In this document: positions 58,356 through 64,000 of the stretch, piece after piece
Numbering within the stretch: the first letter of the stretch is position 1
Layout of the letters: the number at the start of each line of letters is the position of its first letter
IMG/VR virus record: IMGVR_UViG_3300032116_000089
Coordinates: 26,428 to 90,427 of that record
Direction: 5' to 3' (one strand)
Length of the DNA stretch: 64,000 nucleotides
Origin: a virus
The notes under the pieces: model-generated
What the model was told of the DNA's origin: nothing
Seen by the model: only the letters and a program-made list of their open reading frames with translations
Databases searched by the model: none
Made by a program: the position numbers and the translations under genes

Positions 58356-58838
58356 ATGCCTAACTGGTGCATGAACAATATAACGGTTTCTCACGCTGAT
58401 CCTGCTAAAGTGCAGGAGTTTGCTGATGCCTATAACTCAGGGAATACATGTGACCACTATCTTCCGTGTCCTAAAGACAAGGATGGTAAGATTATTATGG
58501 ACGAGAGTAGTCCAGACTATTGGTACAAGTGGTGCATAAATAACTGGGGTGTCAAGTGGGACTTTGGTAAGGATGAGTATGGTGACTCTGCTGTTGTTGT
58601 AGATAATGAAGTATCTGTATCATTCAATACCGCTTGGGCACCGCCTAATGGTTTGTATGATGAGTTGCACCGTCAAGGATACATTCTAAATGGTTCGTAT
58701 TGGGAACCCGGAATGGGATTCTGCGGCACCATTGAAAATGGCATGGATTTGTATGTGGAATATAGAGACAAGGAAGAAATCCCCGATCATTTGTGGGATG
58801 AGTATGGCATGGCAGATTTTTTTGAGGAAATGGCTTGA
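58356..58838 (+). CDS. DUF1281/YubB-like ferredoxin-fold protein
   Basis: MPNWC.N...WY.W...NWGVKWD...F.TAWAPP...EPGMGFCG. Confidence 0.8.
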   Translation: MPNWCMNNITVSHADPAKVQEFADAYNSGNTCDHYLPCPKDKDGKIIMDESSPDYWYKWCINNWGVKWDFGKDEYGDSAVVVDNEVSVSFNTAWAPPNGLYDELHRQGYILNGSYWEPGMGFCGTIENGMDLYVEYRDKEEIPDHLWDEYGMADFFEEMA

Positions 58839-58867
58839 CAAGCCGAAAATAGAGTGTAGAATACAAG

Positions 58868-59312
58868 AGTCGCAAGCAAGTGGTAATCGGGAATGAATGA
58901 AATCCAGCCGGTTGGTCATTCCTGACACTCGCTGCCGTTGCTCATATGTTTGTCCGAGTATGAGTACCGATAAAACGCTAAGACTTAGCAAGTCTATCGG
59001 CTACAATACAAACTTACGTGTGGTAGTTGCTACTACTAGAGAGATAGCCCAGCAAACAGCGTCTGCATCTAATGGGTGTATGGGGTTGCCGACCTAGGCT
59101 ATGGGAAGGCTCATGCTGCTCTCTATTGGGTTGGATTCCCGACACACGATTTAATACAACCAGTAATCGTTTCCAAGAGCCAGATGAATCATATAGCATA
59201 GCGCAGTGTGAAAGATTCTAGAGAGGTTTCCGTGGGCGGTTTCCATCCGATCCCGACAAGGGGCAATCGTATGGGTTATAGGAATCGGGGCGTAAAAGAT
59301 TCCGCTGGTTTT
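58868..59312 (+). ncRNA. Putative structured ncRNA(s) including a tRNA-like domain
   Basis: Follows promoter 58835; no ORF with RBS; dense nested stems. Confidence 0.55.
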
Positions 59313-59351
59313 TCTTATTGACAGACTGATAACTAATGGTATAATGAGAAT

Positions 59352-59528
59352 ATGAAAACTGAAACCCTTGAACTTACTAAGACTGAACTTGAATATCTAT
59401 ACAATGTTGTAGATGACCATATTCGTTCTGGTATTTACTGGGGCAAAAAAGAAAACTTTGAAAGTCTGCAAAAGAAAGTATTTGATAAGGTAGAAGAAGC
59501 ATACGACATACTCTGTGAGCAATCATAA
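59352..59528 (+). CDS. Hypothetical protein (58 aa)
   Basis: Directly after promoter 59318 (probably near-leaderless). Confidence 0.6.
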   Translation: MKTETLELTKTELEYLYNVVDDHIRSGIYWGKKENFESLQKKVFDKVEEAYDILCEQS

Positions 59529-59782
59529 TGGAATGGATTAGTTTCTTCGGTCCTCGTCGCCCTATTAACGGGCAGAAAGTTTACTACTTTGGTGAATACA
59601 TTGGCGTGTGGCAAGGGCGGTATGAGATTCATCGTGATGATCCAGTAAGTGAACATATCTTGATTTGTGAAGAAAGTCCCGGTATAGTAGATCGTATGGA
59701 TGCTCCGTGGTGGATGCCATATGAGGGACAACCAAAACCGCAACGACCAGAAAGTGATTACCCAAAGGATTATCCAAAATGA
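59528..59782 (+). CDS. Hypothetical protein (MEWIS...P.RP...WWMP; DUF551-like)
   Basis: Coupled ORF. Confidence 0.65.
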   Translation: MEWISFFGPRRPINGQKVYYFGEYIGVWQGRYEIHRDDPVSEHILICEESPGIVDRMDAPWWMPYEGQPKPQRPESDYPKDYPK

Positions 59783-59937
59783 AACTGGTACTATATGCTG
59801 TTTGCTGGAAAGAAGATGGAGATACGGTTGATCCTCAATGGGTTTTTCGCACACGCGAAGAAGCACAAGAAGTTATTGATGATTGTTATGGTAGAGGAGT
59901 AATCGTAGAACTATTCAAGAAAGAAAATAATGACTGA
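59779..59937 (+). CDS. Hypothetical protein (52 aa)
   Basis: ATGA coupling. Confidence 0.55.
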   Translation: MKLVLYAVCWKEDGDTVDPQWVFRTREEAQEVIDDCYGRGVIVELFKKENND

Positions 59938-60103
59938 AGAGCGTGAAAAGGCTATGATTTATCTTCTTAGTTTTTTCAAGAATAGAATGGCCGCTGTAAA
60001 TAAGCATAACGTAGATAAGGCTAAAGAGTTGATTGGATTACATGAAATATCAGTAAGTGAACTGATTAATAAGTACGTGGAACTGGTCTACAAAAACTCT
60101 TAA
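59930..60103 (+). CDS. Hypothetical protein (57 aa)
   Basis: Overlapping operon ORF. Confidence 0.55.
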   Translation: MTEEREKAMIYLLSFFKNRMAAVNKHNVDKAKELIGLHEISVSELINKYVELVYKNS

Positions 60104-60114
60104 TAGGAAATAAA

Positions 60115-60489
60115 ATGATTAATGTCAAACTGACCGTTCGTGAGGCTACGTGGATTCTCTCCAAGATTGAGTCCTACGACACGATCTATGACAAGATTGT
60201 GGCAGGGATTGAGGACGCTATTGGTGTGAATCGTCACAAGACCGTTACCATCACTGGCGGTATGACCTTTGACAACCGTATTCCTTGTATCAAGGCTATT
60301 CGTCTCAACACTGGTTGGGGCTTGAAGGAAGCCAAGGATTGGAGCGACGTTCTGGTGGGAACGTGGGATGATGCTGGTCGAAGGCTCAAGGGTGCCAGCC
60401 GTCACAGCATGACCCTCAAGACTCCAGAAGCGGCTGAGAACCTCTTGCGTGATCTGGTGGGTTTGGGGTGCGAAGGTTTTCTCTCTTGA
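60115..60489 (+). CDS. Ribosomal protein bL12 (L7/L12) C-terminal-domain-like protein
   Basis: RIPCIKAIRLNTGWGLKEAKDWSD matches the L12 KI.VIK.VR..TGLGLKEAKDLVE motif. Confidence 0.75.
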   Translation: MINVKLTVREATWILSKIESYDTIYDKIVAGIEDAIGVNRHKTVTITGGMTFDNRIPCIKAIRLNTGWGLKEAKDWSDVLVGTWDDAGRRLKGASRHSMTLKTPEAAENLLRDLVGLGCEGFLS

Positions 60490-60571
60490 TCTAAGTCCTT
60501 GCCCACTAAGGATTTAGAACCAAGGGGGCGGGCCGCGTTCGCCGTAAGTCCTTATCCCACAACGACTTATG
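60490..60571 (+). repeat. Composite repeat R7 (complete)
   Basis: Palindromes at 60490 and 60543; core GGGGCGGGCCGCG at 60525. Confidence 0.9.
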
Positions 60572-60677
60572 AGGAATAAATATTTTTTCAAGGAACAGGG
60601 GTTGACAGGACGATATACTATGGTAGAATGATTGAAGTAACGGGTTGATAACACTAACACTTGTAAGGAGTTTGATT

Positions 60678-60932
60678 ATGCAGAAGTATACGTTTGTGGT
60701 TGATGTGGTTTCGGATTCGGCTATCGACGCGAACACGGTTCGTGCTTCGCTGCTGGAGACTGTGGATGGTATCGGTACGATTGCTGCCGTGCATCCGGCG
60801 AAGGTTGATTCGCTCAAGGAGCAGGGCTTCAAGGTTTGGCGGGCAAGGGTTGCTGGTATCAAGGAACCGGCCAAGGTCAAGGCTCCCAAGGCCAAGAAGG
60901 TCGAGGCCGAGGTTGCTACGGCGACCGCTTGA
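60678..60932 (+). CDS. Small protein with Lys/Ala/Pro-rich tail
   Basis: TAAGGAG RBS, own promoter. Confidence 0.75.
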   Translation: MQKYTFVVDVVSDSAIDANTVRASLLETVDGIGTIAAVHPAKVDSLKEQGFKVWRARVAGIKEPAKVKAPKAKKVEAEVATATA

Positions 60933-61019
60933 TTTTCTAAAGATTGTCTGCTAGAATGTCGATACTGGTGAAGTAGTAGTAGCCAGTATCCATTCTAGCC
61001 CACTAACTAGGAGATTACA

Positions 61020-61376
61020 ATGGGTTTGGATCAGTTTGCATTTGCTATCGACAACAATGGAGAAAAGGAAGAACTCGCCTGCTGGCGTAAGCATCCTAAT
61101 CTTCAAGGTTGGATGGAACGGTTGTGGGAAAACAAGGGTTACCCTAACGCCCACGATAATGATAACTCTTTCAACTGTGTTGAACTTGAACTGACTAAGA
61201 GAGATTTGGACGATCTGGAACGGGCTGTTACTAATGGTACGTTACCGGCTACGGTTGGATTTTTCTTTGGTAGTAATAGCGATGCTGTTTACGGACAGCA
61301 GGACTTGGAGTTTATCAAGAAAGCCAGAGAGGCACTTGACAGCGGACTGACCGTAGTGTATGATAGTTGGTGGTGA
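61020..61376 (+). CDS. Hypothetical phage protein (MGLD...WRKH...YDSWW motifs)
   Basis: AGGAG RBS; recognisable phage-family motifs. Confidence 0.8.
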   Translation: MGLDQFAFAIDNNGEKEELACWRKHPNLQGWMERLWENKGYPNAHDNDNSFNCVELELTKRDLDDLERAVTNGTLPATVGFFFGSNSDAVYGQQDLEFIKKAREALDSGLTVVYDSWW

Positions 61377-61401
61377 CATTTCGACAACCATGAGGAACGA
61401 T

Positions 61402-61542
61402 ATGAAGATTCTTGGATTGGGCGATGAGACTGATGCTGGCAAGGTTGTTCGCATTGGTCGTGATGGTGTGACATTTGAGAAGAATGGTGCGAAGGTTGTG
61501 TTGACCCTCGCTGATGTTGAGTCGATGGTTTTTTCTAACTAA
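61402..61542 (+). CDS. Small hypothetical protein
   Basis: GAGG RBS. Confidence 0.6.
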   Translation: MKILGLGDETDAGKVVRIGRDGVTFEKNGAKVVLTLADVESMVFSN

Positions 61543-61547
61543 GGGAG

Positions 61548-61766
61548 ATGATAATGTCTAATAACTTTGCTAGCCTTCGTAAGAACCGCCATATCAAGTG
61601 CAAGTATCCACTGCATGGCAGCAAGAACGTGCTGAAGTATCACGTTGGTCGCATTGAACGTGTTGGTACTGGCCCTAATGGTCGATATGCCGTGGTTCGT
61701 GCCGTTGATCAGACGGTGCGTACCCTTCTGTGCGATAAGATGATCGAAACGAAGTGCTATCGTTGA
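61548..61766 (+). CDS. Small basic protein
   Basis: GGGAG RBS. Confidence 0.65.
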   Translation: MIMSNNFASLRKNRHIKCKYPLHGSKNVLKYHVGRIERVGTGPNGRYAVVRAVDQTVRTLLCDKMIETKCYR

Positions 61767-61823
61767 TTCTCCCTTGAGTGTACGGGTGGCGTATGGTACA
61801 ATGCTATGCGTCACCCGTATCAT

Positions 61824-61899
61824 GGGGCGTAAGGTAAGCCGGTTGCATCCGACACTCTTATAAGGTGTTCATAGGTACGTTCGACTCGTACACGCCCTA
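61824..61899 (+). tRNA. tRNA-Ile (UAU)
   Basis: GGGGCGT/ACGCCCT acceptor; ACACT-CT-TAT-AA-GGTGT; GTACG-TTCGACT-CGTAC; own promoter; atypical D arm. Confidence 0.8.
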
Positions 61900-62050
61900 C
61901 TGTTCTTTTTCTGTAACAGCCTAGGGAGATCACTTGATAGAACTTATGATTATGATTATTGTGTGGAGTATGTTGAACCAAGACTAATAAATCGGAATAG
62001 TTTGACTTATAAAGTAACCAATATTCCCCCAAACATTTAGAGGTAAACAT

Positions 62051-62263
62051 ATGAACGAACTGATAGCCACCTATGTTATGGATGATGTACGCTATGATAT
62101 TTATGCGTGTTATGATTCTGCTGATGATATGGATACTCGTAATGTATCTTTCTATGACGTTTACAACCAAAAGACGGGAGCGTGTGTGAACGAGGGCGAT
62201 CCTTGGGAAACCATGCCAACGTGGAATGAGATTTTTCATACCTATTACTCACCGGTGAAATAA
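62051..62263 (+). CDS. Hypothetical protein
   Basis: GAGGT RBS. Confidence 0.7.
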   Translation: MNELIATYVMDDVRYDIYACYDSADDMDTRNVSFYDVYNQKTGACVNEGDPWETMPTWNEIFHTYYSPVK

Positions 62264-62421
62264 TGAATACTAAAATGCAAAATAAGATAAACGAGTTTCT
62301 TGATGGTTGGTATAAGACGGAAGATGATTGTATGTTTGATATTAACGACTATAATGATTGGATGAATGAAGCAGTTGAGTTGCTAGAAGAAATAGTTGGT
62401 CGCGTTAGAGAGGAAAGTTGA
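62263..62421 (+). CDS. Small acidic protein (52 aa)
   Basis: TAATG coupling. Confidence 0.55.
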   Translation: MNTKMQNKINEFLDGWYKTEDDCMFDINDYNDWMNEAVELLEEIVGRVREES

Positions 62422-62423
62422 GC

Positions 62424-62606
62424 ATGTACCACTACGTTACTATTGAAGTTGTTATGCGTAACTGTAAATCAGCAGAGGATGCTAAACAAAAATGCGAAAG
62501 ACTGTTACCATATAAGCCAGACGAGAACTGTACATATATGGAATCGTGGGAAATAACTAGGTCCGCATCACCATTTGCCGTAAGTCCTTTGCCACCAAAG
62601 GTTTAG
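62424..62606 (+). CDS. Hypothetical protein
   Basis: GAGG RBS; 3' end runs into repeat R8. Confidence 0.55.
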   Translation: MYHYVTIEVVMRNCKSAEDAKQKCERLLPYKPDENCTYMESWEITRSASPFAVSPLPPKV

Positions 62607-62660
62607 GACCGACGCGGCCCGCCCCGCTCGTCGTAAGTCCTTATCTACCAACAACTTACG
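62579..62660 (-). repeat. Composite repeat R8 (complete, inverted)
   Basis: Core CGCGGCCCGCCCCGC at 62613; palindromes at 62579 and 62632. Confidence 0.9.
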
Positions 62661-62735
62661 TCTAGAGAAAAAAACTAATGCTGACCCCTTGACTCTGCCG
62701 ATATACATGGTATGATGGTTGAAAAGGAGACAGTT

Positions 62736-62966
62736 ATGGTTTGTGCTGTTCGTGATACTATTTGCGATGCTTTTTGCAAACACTGCGGGCGTCAGTTTGT
62801 ATTGACGTTTGATAAGAGTGATATGTATGATTGGTTGAGCGGTTCGCTGCCCATCCAGAATGCTTTGCCTTATCTTTCTGCTAACGAGCGTGAACTGCTC
62901 TTGAGCGGAACGTGCGGCGACTGTTTCGACAAAATGTTTCCGCCCGACCTTGACAACGGCGAATGA
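62736..62966 (+). CDS. Small Zn-finger-like protein (CxxC...CxxC)
   Basis: AAGGAG RBS; CKHC, CGDC. Confidence 0.7.
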   Translation: MVCAVRDTICDAFCKHCGRQFVLTFDKSDMYDWLSGSLPIQNALPYLSANERELLLSGTCGDCFDKMFPPDLDNGE

Positions 62967-63012
62967 TCGTTGTATAATACGAGAAGTTGATAACCCACTA
63001 ACTAGGAGATTG

Positions 63013-64000
63013 ATGATGACTGCCTATAACAAGTTGACGATTGATAGCGACAAGTCGGAAGGTTCGTTTGTTCGCACCCTTGAGGGTAGGACCGGTACGG
63101 GTTTTGAGAATGGTACGCATGTCCACAAGGATTGGTGGAGCAAGACCAAGACCTACGAAGAAGTCATGCAGACTGCCCATGTCGCAGTCGAGAACCGCGA
63201 GGATATTCTGACTGAGCGTAAGAATATTACCTGTGTTGGTAATGATAAGGGATTCTTTTTGAAGTTGAACGATGGTCGAGAGTTTCGTCCTACGGATCAC
63301 TCCATTGAACAGTTTAGCGTTCGTTCGGGCGTTACCTCGTCCTCGTTCCTTCGTGAGATGCGTAATATCGAAGGTTTCGACCTTGCCGATGCTGAAGTCA
63401 TGGCATACGTTGGTAACAATGCTCTGCGTCGAATCGACGCTGACAAAAAGTTTCGCTTGCGTACCTATACGGATGGAACGTGCCGTGCGTTCGTGACTGA
63501 GCAGTATGCTCCGGTTGACAATCGCTGGTATCTGGAAACCCTCGCAGAGTTTATTCCCGGTGGTCGTTTCAGTCACTGGCGTGGCGATGAGGATACCATC
63601 TATGGTAACGTCCTTATCCCCGATACCATCATGGACTACGGTGCTGATGATAGTGATTACGGTGGAATGATTAGCGTTGGTAACTGCGAGATCGGCACTC
63701 GCCGCATTAGCCAGACTCCTAGCCTGTTTCGTGCTATTTGCATGAACGGTTGCATCTGGGGTCAGACTGCCGGTGAGAAGATTCGCCGTGTTCACCGTGG
63801 CAATATCGACCTTATTAAACTTAAGGATGAAATCGCCCATAATATCCAAGATCAGATTCCGCTTCTTGCTCCCGGTATCAAGCAGTTTCTGGCTACCCGT
63901 GCTTTGGAAACTGGCAAGGCTAGCGTCAAGGGTATCGTGGCTACGGTATCGTCGGATTACAAACTTAGCAAGCGTGAGGCTACTGAGTTTCTTGAGCAGT
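63013..64000 (+). CDS. DUF932-family protein (3' truncated by the window; not in ORF track)
   Basis: AGGAG RBS; RAFVTEQYAPVDN...GNCEIG...RAICMNG...RRVHRG. Confidence 0.8.
   Translation, partial: MMTAYNKLTIDSDKSEGSFVRTLEGRTGTGFENGTHVHKDWWSKTKTYEEVMQTAHVAVENREDILTERKNITCVGNDKGFFLKLNDGREFRPTDHSIEQFSVRSGVTSSSFLREMRNIEGFDLADAEVMAYVGNNALRRIDADKKFRLRTYTDGTCRAFVTEQYAPVDNRWYLETLAEFIPGGRFSHWRGDEDTIYGNVLIPDTIMDYGADDSDYGGMISVGNCEIGTRRISQTPSLFRAICMNGCIWGQTAGEKIRRVHRGNIDLIKLKDEIAHNIQDQIPLLAPGIKQFLATRALETGKASVKGIVATVSSDYKLSKREATEFLEQ

Noticed and set aside
58897-59097. 66 aa ORF in the structured region
   Set aside because: No RBS, atypical composition, coincides with RNA stems
48767-62660. CRISPR array interpretation of the 29-bp palindromes
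   Set aside because: Copies are degenerate, at most paired, kb apart, with a conserved rather than unique spacer; no cas genes
62998-63849. 283 aa minus-strand ORF
   Set aside because: Antisense to the DUF932 gene, which has promoter, RBS and family motifs

Overview
64 kb segment of a large tailed dsDNA phage genome (HK97-type head, long non-contractile tail), in two divergent halves. (1) 1-48.6 kb, minus strand, AT-rich: a late/virion module with tape measure, tail chaperones, major tail protein, neck, many fibres, major capsid, decoration protein, protease/scaffold, portal and terminase. It is preceded by ClpP-like, ERCC4, HNH, GDP-mannose 4,6-dehydratase, glycosyltransferase-like and sigma-factor-like genes. 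(2) 48.7-64 kb, plus strand, more GC-rich: an early/host-takeover region of small genes, 7 tRNAs and a probable ~450 nt structured ncRNA. The most unusual signal is non-coding. The early region carries about 20 sigma70 promoters, many interdigitated with sigma28-like promoters. It has two duplicated sigma54 promoters with triple enhancer sites and four further sigma54 motifs. It also has eight copies of a rigidly phased composite repeat (11-7-11 palindrome / GGGGCGGGCCGCG core / palindrome, 53 bp period). In the virion module, notable features are a tape measure protein that looks like a polyprotein with cargo domains between [FY]AxGG motifs, Ser-Gly-enriched and mucin-like virion proteins encoded in the same module as sugar-nucleotide genes (possible virion glycosylation), and fibres apparently chained by C-terminal DGG motifs. 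All calls are by eye from motifs and synteny. No database search was run and counts are hand counts.
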